Positions 11,220 through 20,203 of a stretch of DNA of 64,000 bases are shown here, one piece after another. The notes below the pieces were generated by a model. It saw only the letters and a list, made by a program, of their open reading frames with translations, made no database searches and was not told where the DNA came from. Both the position numbers and the translations under genes were made by a program. The stretch is from a virus. Each line of letters starts with the position of its first letter. The stretch's first letter is position 1. The stretch is from positions 94,652 to 158,651 of the IMG/VR virus record IMGVR_UViG_3300047089_000307, one strand, 5' to 3'.

Positions 11220-11801
11220 GTGACTGAGGAAGCGCCGCGGGCCGGGCCTGCCCTGACCGCGGCACAGCAGGACCTGCTGCGCCGGCTAACCCAGGGCCCG
11301 CAGCCGGCGGTAACCTGCGTGCTCGGCGTCGACCCCGGCCCTGTCACGGGCATCGCGTGGCTGTGCTCCGGGCCGGGGCAGCGTCCCCTGGTCTTCCAGT
11401 GCAATGCCGCGGGCGCGTACCCGCTGGCGAGCTGGCTGCTGGAGGCCAGCGAGGGGCCGGCCCGGATCATCTGCGCCGGCGAGCGGTTCATCACCGGGCG
11501 CGGCGCCGGGGCCAGGGGCGCGAACGCTACCGCCACCCGGCAGGTGATCAGCGACCTGGACCGGCTCGCCAGGTGGCACTGGCGCAGCGCAGCAGAAGTG
11601 AAACCCTGGGCAACCGACGCCCGGCTGAAGGCGGCAGGGCTGCTGGAGCAGTGCCACGGCATGCCGCACGCTGCCGACGCGTGCAGGCATGCTTTGTTTG
11701 CCATGATCCACGACTGTGGCATGCCCGATCCGCTCTCGCGCAAGGCGGGCACGCTCTATGCCCGGTCACTGTCGCTGGAAGAACTGGAGGGCTTCTCATG
11801 A
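11220..11801 (+). CDS. RuvC-like Holliday junction resolvase with appended ARSLSLEE tail
   Basis: VLGVDPGPVTGIA, ERF, AAEVK, HAADACRH. Confidence 0.75.
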   Translation: MTEEAPRAGPALTAAQQDLLRRLTQGPQPAVTCVLGVDPGPVTGIAWLCSGPGQRPLVFQCNAAGAYPLASWLLEASEGPARIICAGERFITGRGAGARGANATATRQVISDLDRLARWHWRSAAEVKPWATDARLKAAGLLEQCHGMPHAADACRHALFAMIHDCGMPDPLSRKAGTLYARSLSLEELEGFS

Positions 11802-12218
11802 TGCCGGCTGACGGGGAGAGCAGCTTCCGGATGGTGCTGACCTCGAATTCCTGCCCGCGCTGCGGCGCCATCACCTACCTCCGGCTGTCCGCCTCCGCAG
11901 AGGGAAGCGTCGCCGTGGCCGGCGAGCAGCCACCGCCCGTCGACAACCGGGCGCAGCACGCGGACTGGCACGAGCGGACGGGCACGTGAGCGCCTGGCGG
12001 CTAGTGGCGGGCCTGGCCGGCGTGGCGGCGGCACTCGCGGCCGTGATCCTGGCAGCCCAGGCGGTCGCCAGGGGATCAGTGCTGGAGATCGCGTTCCTGC
12101 CCGCGCTCATCGGGCTGCCCGCCAGCGTCGCGGTGATCATCCTTGAGCCGTCCTCCCCGGGCGAGGATGATGATGACGACGAGGATGACGAGCCGGGCTG
12201 GCGCGAGCGGACGGGCAC

Positions 12219-12581
12219 GTGAGCAGGCACCGGGGCCGGATAGGGTTCCGGGGCGGCTGGGCGCTGACGTACGAGGAAGACCGCTGGTGGCCGTCCTGGG
12301 AGAGTGCTTCCCGGCTGCACTGCGTCACCTGGACGCTGGACGACGTGGTCATGACGCAGGCGCAGTACGAGCGGGCCGCCGCCGTCCGGGACGACGCTCC
12401 GTACTGGCTGACCGCCATGGCAGCCGGGCTTGCGATGACGGCCGGGCTCGCGATGGTCAGCGGGATCTTGCTCAGCGAGGCTGAGGCGATGGCCATCCGG
12501 CGCGGCGCTCACCCGCTGACGGTGCTGCTGCCCCGGACCTGGGCCCGGCCGCTGACCCTGGCGGAGATGATGGGTGCATGA
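12219..12581 (+). CDS. paralog array member (ARxLTLxEM family)
   Basis: RGGWAL...RTWARPLTLAEMMGA. Confidence 0.8.
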   Translation: MSRHRGRIGFRGGWALTYEEDRWWPSWESASRLHCVTWTLDDVVMTQAQYERAAAVRDDAPYWLTAMAAGLAMTAGLAMVSGILLSEAEAMAIRRGAHPLTVLLPRTWARPLTLAEMMGA

Positions 12582-12889
12582 GCGTGCTGGCGCAGCGAGA
12601 CGGCTGGACGCTGGAGACAGGCCCGCCTTCCCCTCCTGACTTCCCCTGTGCTGCGTTCATCCTGCGCGAGCTGGCCGTGACGCAGGAGCAGTGCGCCGCC
12701 ATCTTGTACCGCTGCGGCCGGACCGGGTCCTGGTTCCGGGTCCCCGTCCCCGGCGGATGGGTCATGACGCTGGAGCTGGACCGGGCGGAGGCGCACGCGA
12801 TCGGGCTGCTGGGACGCGACCCGCTGACGGTGCTGGCTCCCCCGCTGCACGCCCGGTCACTGACCCTGAGGGAGATGATGAGCGCATGA
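12578..12889 (+). CDS. paralog array member
   Basis: LAQRDGWTL...LHARSLTLREMMSA. Confidence 0.8.
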   Translation: MSVLAQRDGWTLETGPPSPPDFPCAAFILRELAVTQEQCAAILYRCGRTGSWFRVPVPGGWVMTLELDRAEAHAIGLLGRDPLTVLAPPLHARSLTLREMMSA

Positions 12890-13206
12890 GCGTGCTGGCG
12901 CAGCGAGACGGCTGGACGCTGAGCGCGTGGCGCTGGCCCCGGAGCGGCAGCCTGCTCCGGCACGTGTACCAGCTCCGGCACGTGTACCAGCTGGACGGGC
13001 TGACGGTAACGGACGCGCAGCTCCAGGCCATGACCGCCCGGTCATCGCACATGTGGTGGGTAAGCCCTGAGTGCCTGATCATGCACGGCGTCAGCCTCAC
13101 CTGGGAGCAAGCCCGCGCAATCCAGGACGGGGCAAATCCGGTAACCGTGCTGACCCCTCGCTTCCGGGCCCGGTCACTGACCCTGAGGGAGATGATGGGC
13201 GCATGA
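12886..13206 (+). CDS. paralog array member
   Basis: LAQRDGWTL...FRARSLTLREMMGA. Confidence 0.8.
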   Translation: MSVLAQRDGWTLSAWRWPRSGSLLRHVYQLRHVYQLDGLTVTDAQLQAMTARSSHMWWVSPECLIMHGVSLTWEQARAIQDGANPVTVLTPRFRARSLTLREMMGA

Positions 13207-13586
13207 GCAGGATAGTCATGAAACGACGGCTGCGGTGCGGCGCGGTGCTGACCGCGCAGGAGCACTGGGAGCACTCGATGGGCGTCATGTCGCCAGGGCA
13301 CCGGGAGGTACTCTTCACGCTGCATGACCTCCCGGTGACGCCCGGAGACGCCGAGCGGCTGATGTCGGCGCGACCGCGGCCATGGCGTCGGGGTGCAGGC
13401 AGCTGGATTACCAGAACCTTCATGCACCAGTACGGCGCGAACGTCACCCCCGTCTTGTCCCTGTCCCGGATTCAGGTCACGCCGCAGGAGGCGGACCGCA
13501 TGCTGTCCGGGGAGCACCCGATGGCGGTGCTGCTGCCGCCGCTGTACGCGCGGTCGCTGACCCTGGCGGAGATGACGGGCGCATGA
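13203..13586 (+). CDS. paralog array member
   Basis: ...LYARSLTLAEMTGA. Confidence 0.8.
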   Translation: MSRIVMKRRLRCGAVLTAQEHWEHSMGVMSPGHREVLFTLHDLPVTPGDAERLMSARPRPWRRGAGSWITRTFMHQYGANVTPVLSLSRIQVTPQEADRMLSGEHPMAVLLPPLYARSLTLAEMTGA

Positions 13587-13912
13587 CGTGCAGCGAGATG
13601 CTCGCCGCCCGGGACGGCTGGACGCTGGACGCGGCGTGGGAGGGCGCCTTCCCGTACGGGACCGTGTCCTCCCCGGTTCGCTGCACGCTGTCCGGGCTGC
13701 GGGTGACGAGGAGCCAGGCCCGCGCCATCACCACGGGCCGGGCCGTGCTCACCGTTGAGCACGAGTACCCGTTCGGCAGCTTCTTCCTCCTGCACCTGGA
13801 GGTCACGCCGGCCGAGGCTCACGCCATCGCGGGCGGCAGGCACCCGCTGAACGTGCTGATGCCGCCGCTGTACGCGCGGTCGCTGACCCTGGCGGAGATG
13901 ACGGGCACGTGA
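13583..13912 (+). CDS. paralog array member
   Basis: ARDGWTL...LYARSLTLAEMTGT. Confidence 0.8.
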   Translation: MTCSEMLAARDGWTLDAAWEGAFPYGTVSSPVRCTLSGLRVTRSQARAITTGRAVLTVEHEYPFGSFFLLHLEVTPAEAHAIAGGRHPLNVLMPPLYARSLTLAEMTGT

Positions 13913-14355
13913 CCCGCGTCACCGGCAGGAACGGGATCATGTACCTCGGCACGGGGCCGGGCGCGCTGCTCGGCCAGCCCGTGGCTTATATCCCGGACTG
14001 GTCCATTGACTTCGACGTCCTGCCGGCAGCACTGACCGGGGTGACGCTCGCCGAGCGGGACGGCTGGACGCTGCGGGCCGGCACCGCCCCGTACGGTCAC
14101 TTCGGCGATACGCGCCCGCTGTACGTGCTGGAGAACCTGATGGTGACGGCCGGGCAGGCGAGCCAGGTCATGCGGCACCGGCCGGGGGACCTGCCCTGGC
14201 ACCTGGGCCACGGCAACGGCCCGCTGCGGCCGATGAAGATGGTGCTGACCACGGAGGAGACGGTGCGCGTCTGGCGCGGGGCCGACCCGCTGGCCATGCT
14301 GGCCCCGCCGCTGCGCGCCCGCGCGCTGACCCTGGAGGAGATGATGAGGGAATGA
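13909..14355 (+). CDS. paralog array member with tail-tube-like N-terminal extension
   Basis: ERDGWTL...LRARALTLEEMMRE. Confidence 0.8.
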   Translation: MTRVTGRNGIMYLGTGPGALLGQPVAYIPDWSIDFDVLPAALTGVTLAERDGWTLRAGTAPYGHFGDTRPLYVLENLMVTAGQASQVMRHRPGDLPWHLGHGNGPLRPMKMVLTTEETVRVWRGADPLAMLAPPLRARALTLEEMMRE

Positions 14356-14765
14356 GCTGGGACTGGCCGGGCTGGCGACTGGCCCGCACCTTCCACGGCA
14401 GCCGGAACGGGATGGCCCGGCGCGATAACTGGACGCTGGAGACCTGGCAGTACGAGGCGCCGCTGACCTGTTACTCCGAGTACCTCATCCCGCGCGTGAC
14501 CACCGACGTGCGGTACGTGCTGTCCGGCCTGACGGTGACGCCCCGCGAGGCGGATGCCATCACCGGCCGTCGCCTGGGGCACTTCGCGCCGCCGCGGGCC
14601 AGCGTGCACTACGGCTACGGCCCTGGCCCGGTCCTGGTGATGGACGACATTGAGCTGACCATGGACGAGGCGGCGGCCATCGTAGACGGCACCGACCCGG
14701 TGGCCGCGCTGGCGCCGCGGATCAGGGCACGGCCGCTGAGCCTTCAGGAGATGATGGGCGCATGA
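14352..14765 (+). CDS. paralog array member
   Basis: RDNWTL...IRARPLSLQEMMGA. Confidence 0.8.
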   Translation: MSWDWPGWRLARTFHGSRNGMARRDNWTLETWQYEAPLTCYSEYLIPRVTTDVRYVLSGLTVTPREADAITGRRLGHFAPPRASVHYGYGPGPVLVMDDIELTMDEAAAIVDGTDPVAALAPRIRARPLSLQEMMGA

Positions 14766-15013
14766 GCGAGGGCTACTCCTGGCGGGACCTGACGGGCTTC
14801 CTGGTGTCCGTCCACCGTGACCAGGCCGCCCGGCAAGAAGCCGGGGACCGCCAGGTCGCGGCACTGCGGGCGTCGGTCTGGCAGCTCCAGCGCCAGGCCG
14901 GCGTGATGACCCTGAATGAGGTGCGGGCCCGGCAGGACAGGGCGTCCCTGCCGCCCGGCACGATCGTGCTGCGCGCCCGGCCGCTGAGCCTTCAGGAGAT
15001 GCTAGGCACGTGA
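14762..15013 (+). CDS. ARxLSLxEM-tailed small protein
   Basis: ...GVMTLNEVRAR...LRARPLSLQEMLGT. Confidence 0.75.
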   Translation: MSEGYSWRDLTGFLVSVHRDQAARQEAGDRQVAALRASVWQLQRQAGVMTLNEVRARQDRASLPPGTIVLRARPLSLQEMLGT

Positions 15014-15044
15014 CGCAGGACAACGGAAAGCGAGTGCGCACGCC

Positions 15045-15419
15045 ATGCGGCCACCAGGAATTACCTACGATGCCCCCCGGCCGCAGCCGTGGACGCTGAC
15101 CCAGGTCCGGGACTACCCGGGCGGGCCGCGGCGGTGGCAGCTGGCCCTGGAGGTTACCGGCGGCGAGCAGGCCAGGGCGGTCCGGCTAGCGCGGGGCGGC
15201 AGCGGGGTGATGCGGACCCGGGACGACGGCGTCATGCGGTACCCGGAGGCTTACCTGTTCGAGTTCATCGACGTCACCGCGGAGGAGATGCTCGCCATCG
15301 CGGGCGGGGCCAGCCCGCTGGACGTGCTGCTGCGCGGCCCGGACGGGGCGCGGCAGTGGCTGTGGCCGCTGGTGCTGCGCGCCCGGCCGCTGAGCCTTCA
15401 GGAGATGCTGGGCACGTGA
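15045..15419 (+). CDS. paralog array member
   Basis: PWTL...LRARPLSLQEMLGT. Confidence 0.75.
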   Translation: MRPPGITYDAPRPQPWTLTQVRDYPGGPRRWQLALEVTGGEQARAVRLARGGSGVMRTRDDGVMRYPEAYLFEFIDVTAEEMLAIAGGASPLDVLLRGPDGARQWLWPLVLRARPLSLQEMLGT

Positions 15420-15589
15420 GCCACGGGGACTACGTGCAGCTCCTGGCGAGGCTGTACCTGGCCGGGATCATCACCGCAGCCAAGGCCCGCTGCCTGCATG
15501 AGGCCGCTTTCACGCGATGGCGGGCAACGACCGGGGGGCCGCTGCCGCTGGCAGCCCGGCCACTGACCCTGGCCGAGATGCTGGGCTAG
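15416..15589 (+). CDS. ARxLTLxEM-tailed small protein
   Basis: GTGA overlap; ends LAARPLTLAEMLG. Confidence 0.7.
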   Translation: MSHGDYVQLLARLYLAGIITAAKARCLHEAAFTRWRATTGGPLPLAARPLTLAEMLG

Positions 15590-15996
15590 TACCTGGCGAT
15601 CTTCCGGACGACGAGAGCGAGTACGCCGATGATCAGGACCACGATGACCCAGGCAGCCAGGTCGGATGCCCACACGGGCAGTATCCCGGGGCCGGGGTGG
15701 TAGCAAGAGGGATCGCCGGGCCGGCCCGTGAAGCCGTGGCACCGGCCCAGTGTCCCTGCCATCAGCCCGGCCCGGCCAGCAGGTGACCGGGTGGGGCTGG
15801 GTACTCATCGCCGTGTGCGTATCGGCGCTTCTCTTCCTGGCCGCGTGCTGGGCGGGCACTTGCTCGGTGAAGGGGTGCCGTGAGCCGGTGCGGTTCCACT
15901 CGATGGCGCGGCCGGGGACGGACGTGTGCGCCCGGCATTTCTGGGAGGAATGGGACGACGGTTACCGGTGCTGACTGACCCTGCCATGCGCGCGGG

Positions 15997-16821
15997 CTAC
16001 TCCGCCTTGTCATACGCTGCCCGGATCTTCGCCAGCACGGCGTGCTCGGAGCCGCGGCCCTGCGCGGCGCCGGCCAGCTCCCAGGTGCCGGCCGCCTTCA
16101 TCGCCCGCATCAGGCGCTCGTGCTCCAGCTCGGCGTTGCCCAGGGCCAGGCCCACCGCCTTGACCAGCGTCACGTTCGTGCGCCGCTTGTCGTCACCGGG
16201 GAAGCACTCGCGCAGGGCGCGCAGCGTCTCCCGTAGCCGGGGCTCGCCGCCGATGGCCAGCACGTAGGTACCCGCGCTGATGCCGATCGTGGTGGCGCTG
16301 TCGGTCCGCTGGCCTATCGTGAAGCCCTGCTCCTCGAACATGCGGTTGACGGTGAACGCGAGGCTGCCGTCATCGAACTCGATGTCACTGCGGGCCGCCT
16401 CGGTCAGCGTCACCTTCTTCAGCCGCTGAAGGTCCTGGAAGATGCGGTTCTCCTGGGCCAGCGTCAGGCCGCGGAGCACCCGGCACGGGACCAGGTGGTT
16501 CGGGCCGAACTTCTCGTGCAGCCAGTGGTTGGAGGCGTTGCCGTCCAGCGTCCAGTACTGGTGGCTGTCAGAACGGTAGGACACGACGCGCGGGCGCAGT
16601 AGCACAGGATTGTAGTCCTGGAACGCCTTGGCCCTCGCCCTGAGCGTTGACAGGTACCTGACGCTGTCCTCGGGGCGGTTGCGCTGCGGCCCGCGCAAGG
16701 TGGCGAACGCGGACACCAGTATGCCGACCGGCAGCATGGTGTCCTCGTAGTTCTGCGGCGGAGCCTCGGGGTAGATGACCTTCTTTGCCAACGGAATCCC
16801 TTTCAAGGGGTAGCTTCTCAC
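15997..16821 (-). CDS. ParB/Srx-like (DUF6551-like) protein
   Basis: VVSYR...YWTLDG...VPCRVLRGLTLAQENRIF resembles a ParB N-domain; TATGAT -10 just upstream (possibly leaderless). Confidence 0.55.
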   Translation of the reverse strand: MRSYPLKGIPLAKKVIYPEAPPQNYEDTMLPVGILVSAFATLRGPQRNRPEDSVRYLSTLRARAKAFQDYNPVLLRPRVVSYRSDSHQYWTLDGNASNHWLHEKFGPNHLVPCRVLRGLTLAQENRIFQDLQRLKKVTLTEAARSDIEFDDGSLAFTVNRMFEEQGFTIGQRTDSATTIGISAGTYVLAIGGEPRLRETLRALRECFPGDDKRRTNVTLVKAVGLALGNAELEHERLMRAMKAAGTWELAGAAQGRGSEHAVLAKIRAAYDKAE

Positions 16822-16847
16822 TCACATCATACTCTAAGAGACTACCT

Positions 16848-18089
16848 TTACCATCCGGCGATAGTCAGTGACCGCTCCGCCCTCGTCACCGCGGTGTACA
16901 GCCACCGGCTGCGCTCGCCAGTTCCGGGCGCCGGCCAGCCCTCCTCAATGACCAGCACCTTCTCGGCCGAACTTCCCTGTGCCTTGTGGGCTGTGAGTGC
17001 GTAGCCATAGTCAAAGAGCGCGACATGACGGTCCCTGACGCAGGATGCCTGGAACTTCGGGTCACCGAACGGCAGCGCTGATACCGTCCCCGACCACGGG
17101 CGGAGGAGGTCCTCGCATTCGATGACAGCCTGGAATGTGGCCTCACTACCGGGCCCTGTTACCCCTCCCACGGCCAGGATGGTCCCGCGCTGACCGTTGT
17201 ACAGGCCCTCTGCGTGGTTATTGCGAAGGCAGGTCACCGTATCGCCGACCTGCGGCGGCCCGGACCGGCCGTGCCACGCGCGCATCAGCTGGTTGTGCGC
17301 TGTCCTTGCGGCGTTAGTCGCGCAGATGATCAGGTCCGCCTCAGCCGGGTGCAGGCCGGCCAGCCCGGACTCATGCTCGGCCATCGTCAGCTTGACCGCA
17401 TCCGGCCCGTACCAGCCGGGCGGCACGTGGCCCTGCTCGCGCGCCCACCGCGCCATGGTGAGGATGGCCATGCCAGACGGGCTTTCCTCGTTCTGCCGGT
17501 GGATCTTCTCCAGCCGGATATCCGGGCTGGCCATCAAGTTGAAGGACGAGCGGACGGGCGGCAGCTGGCCGTGGTCGCCGACCGCCAGCACCGGAACGCC
17601 ATGGCCGGTCAGGTCCTTCCAGAGCTGCTCGGGGATCATCGATGCCTCGTCGGCCACGACCAGTCCGATGCCGGCGAGCGGCTCCGGCGCCGGCGTGAAG
17701 CTCAGCTGGCGGCGCACCGCGCACTCCCAGCCCCGTCCGGCGTGCGCGCGGCACTGAACGTCCGCCTCCTTCATTACCGTGTCACTCTCGGTGCACACCG
17801 TAACCTCACAGGCACGGTAGAGCAGCCGGTGCAGGGTGGACGCATGATCCGGGGGGACGTCACCGGGGAGCTTGCGCCGCAGCACGGACGTCGCCTTACC
17901 GGTGTAGGCGGCGAACGCGATCCGGATATCAGGCAGGAACTGCGGCAGGCAGCAGATCAGGCTAGTCTTCCCGGTTCCCGCCAGCCCGCCCAGGGTCAGC
18001 GGCGGCCAGCCCCCGGCCTCATGCCACGCCAGGATCTGCGTGAGCGCGCGGCGCTGGTCCGCGGACAGGGTCTCCGTCAGGTCAGTCAT
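16848..18089 (-). CDS. RecD/Dda-like SF1B DNA helicase
   Basis: GLAGTGKT Walker A, STLHRLLY, DEASM, GDHGQLPPV, LEKIHRQ, TAHKAQGS, LYTAVTRA; start MTDLTETLSADQ after TATCTT -10. Confidence 0.93.
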   Translation of the reverse strand: MTDLTETLSADQRRALTQILAWHEAGGWPPLTLGGLAGTGKTSLICCLPQFLPDIRIAFAAYTGKATSVLRRKLPGDVPPDHASTLHRLLYRACEVTVCTESDTVMKEADVQCRAHAGRGWECAVRRQLSFTPAPEPLAGIGLVVADEASMIPEQLWKDLTGHGVPVLAVGDHGQLPPVRSSFNLMASPDIRLEKIHRQNEESPSGMAILTMARWAREQGHVPPGWYGPDAVKLTMAEHESGLAGLHPAEADLIICATNAARTAHNQLMRAWHGRSGPPQVGDTVTCLRNNHAEGLYNGQRGTILAVGGVTGPGSEATFQAVIECEDLLRPWSGTVSALPFGDPKFQASCVRDRHVALFDYGYALTAHKAQGSSAEKVLVIEEGWPAPGTGERSRWLYTAVTRAERSLTIAGW

Positions 18090-18112
18090 AGACCCCAAGA
18101 TACCGGTAACAG

Positions 18113-18142
18113 GGCCCGGCACCGAGTGAAACGGCGCCGGGC
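18113..18142 (-). terminator. GC-rich hairpin closing the GGY-NN array
   Basis: gcccggcaccg-agtgaaa-cggcgccgggc inverted repeat next to a half copy of the array repeat. Confidence 0.55.
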
Positions 18143-19753
18143 TCCCGTGCCTGCCTAGCCAGGCCCGTCCTAGCCGAGCCATTCCTGCCGGGGCGGGCCG
18201 CGCCCAGCCCTGCCTAGCCTTGCGACGCCTGCCGAGCCTTGCCCAGCCGCGCCACGCCAAGCCCTGCCTGCCCAGCCGAGCCTAGCCCAGCCGCACCACG
18301 CCTAGCCATGCCTGCCACGCCAGACCTTGCCCTGCCTAGCCATGCCTGCCGGACCTCGCCTCACCTAGCCAAGCCATGCCGCGCCTGCCCTGCCGTGCCG
18401 CGCCGGGGCCTGCCGAGCCTAGCCATGCCTGCCTAGCCGAGCCCTGCCGAGCCTAGCCATGCCATGCCTGCCAGTCCTGGCCTTGCGTCACCCCGCCTTG
18501 CCCCGCCGTGTCCATCCCTTTTACGCCGGATGCTGCTGCTCCCGTGCCTGCCCGGCCACGCCAGACCTCGCCGCGCCTAACCTCACCTGCCCCGCCATGC
18601 CAGACCTTGCCGCGCCTAACCTCACCTGCCGCGCCAGACCTCGCCATGCCCTGCCGTGCCTAGCCGTGTCCATCCCTTTGCGCCGGATGCTGCTGCTCCC
18701 GTGCCTGCCGCGCCGCACCTGGCCATGGCTAACCTCACCGCGGCTGCCGAGCCGATCCCAGCCGTGCCTAGCCGTGCCGGCCCTGACCTCGCCTGCCCTG
18801 CCGCGCCGCGCCTGACCCAGCCAGGCCACGCCATGCCTGCCGCGCCGACGCGCGCCACCCCGTGCCAAGCCACGCCCTGCCTGCCGGTCCCCGCCTAGCC
18901 CCGCCTGGCCATGCCAGCCCGAGCCATGCCTGCCTTGCCAGACCTTGCCTCGCCGTGCCTTGCCGTGCCTGCCCGGCCTCGCCACATCGCGCCATGCCTC
19001 TCCTTGGCCAGCCTCGCCATGCCTGCCCCGCCTGGCCTCGCCGGACCCTGCCCTGCCGCGTCCATCCCTTTACGCCGGATGCTGCTGCTCCCGTCCCTGC
19101 CGGTCCCGGCCTAGCCTCACCGAGCCTGACCTGCCTGACCGCGCCATGACGCACCGAGCCTTACCGGTCCCTGCCTGCCATGCCACGCCACCCCGTGCCA
19201 AGCCCTACCTGCCCTGCCGCGCCGCGCCCTGCCGTGCCGTGCCTCGCCTGCCGCGCCTGGCCCTGCCGCACCGCACCATGCCACGTCCATCCCTTTACGC
19301 CGGATGCTGCTGCTCCCGTGCCGGCCAGACCTGCCGAGCCATGTCGTTCCGCTCCGCGCCATGCCCTGCCTGCCAAGCCACGCCCCACCCCGCCGAACCG
19401 AGCCATGCCTGCCAGGCCGTGCCGAGCCGCGCCTAGCCACGCCACGCCATGCCTGCCGGGCCATGACGCACCGCGCCTTGCCGCGCCACACCGTGCCTGC
19501 CCCGCCTTGCCAAGTCCATCCCTTTGCGCCGGATGCTGCTGCTCCCGTGCCTGCCCCGCCTAGCCAAGCCTTGCCACGCCGCGCCTTGCCTGCCGGGCCG
19601 GACCCCGCCGGGCCGGACCATGCCGAGCCGCACCATGCCGTGCCTGCCGGACCGGACCACGCCACGCCGCACCATGCCGTGCCTCGCCTGCCGCACCAAG
19701 CCTCGCCGGACCCCGCCTTGCCATGTCCATCCCTTTCAGCCGGATGCTGCTGC
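18113..19753 (-). ncRNA. non-coding GGY-NN pentamer array (putative guide-RNA array, VIPR-type vrRNA)
   Basis: Minus strand reads GGC AA GGC GG GGT CC GGC GA GGC TT GGT GC GGCA...; blocks separated by GGCA; 38-nt repeat at 18510, 18668, 19060, 19285, 19514 and a partial copy at 19725; downstream of a Cas7-like gene. Confidence 0.85.
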
Positions 19754-20203
19754 CTTCTTCACCTGCGCCTCGTGCTCGGCGATGACCTCGGCAAGCTCCT
19801 GCCAGAACTCGGGGTAGTCGCGGTACCGCTGGGCCATGGAGCGGACCTCGCGGCGGATGCGCAGCAGGATCAGGCCCTGCTCCTGCGTCGTGAGCGAGGT
19901 GACGCTGGAGTACGTGCCGGGCGGCGAGGGGATGCCGATCATCCGGTCGGCCACGTACTTGCGCATCATGACCGCGCGCTGGCCGCCGGACGCGACCTCG
20001 CGGACGACGGCCACCCGGTAGCTGCGGATCAGGCCGCGGGCCTCCTCCAGGCGGCGCTGCGCCGCGGCGATGGCGTCATCCCAGGTGAACAGCCCGTGCA
20101 GCGCGCTGTCCTCCGGCCGTGCTGCCGCCACGACCTCATCGGCGTGCAGCTTGCCGCGGGAGTCCTCCAGCCCCTTCAGGGCCTTCAGTACCTCATCCCT
20201 CAC
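19736..20203 (-). CDS. accessory protein coupled to the Cas7-like gene
   Basis: GTGA overlap, AAGGAG RBS; LHGLFTWDDAIAA...EARGLIRSY motif; stop codon lies inside the first array repeat. Confidence 0.85.
   Translation of the reverse strand: MRDEVLKALKGLEDSRGKLHADEVVAAARPEDSALHGLFTWDDAIAAAQRRLEEARGLIRSYRVAVVREVASGGQRAVMMRKYVADRMIGIPSPPGTYSSVTSLTTQEQGLILLRIRREVRSMAQRYRDYPEFWQELAEVIAEHEAQVKKAAASG

Noticed and set aside
18090-18260. N-terminal extension of the helicase
   Set aside because: Translated repeat array and hairpin; a -10 element precedes ATG 18089
18510-19753. Canonical CRISPR array based on the 38-nt repeat
   Set aside because: Inter-repeat segments are 120-350 nt, irregular and built of GGY-NN pentamers rather than unique spacers; no cas1/cas2
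18239-19817. Many overlapping Arg/Gly/Pro/Ala-rich ORFs in all frames
   Set aside because: By-products of a stop-poor 5-nt periodic repeat; no RBS or codon bias
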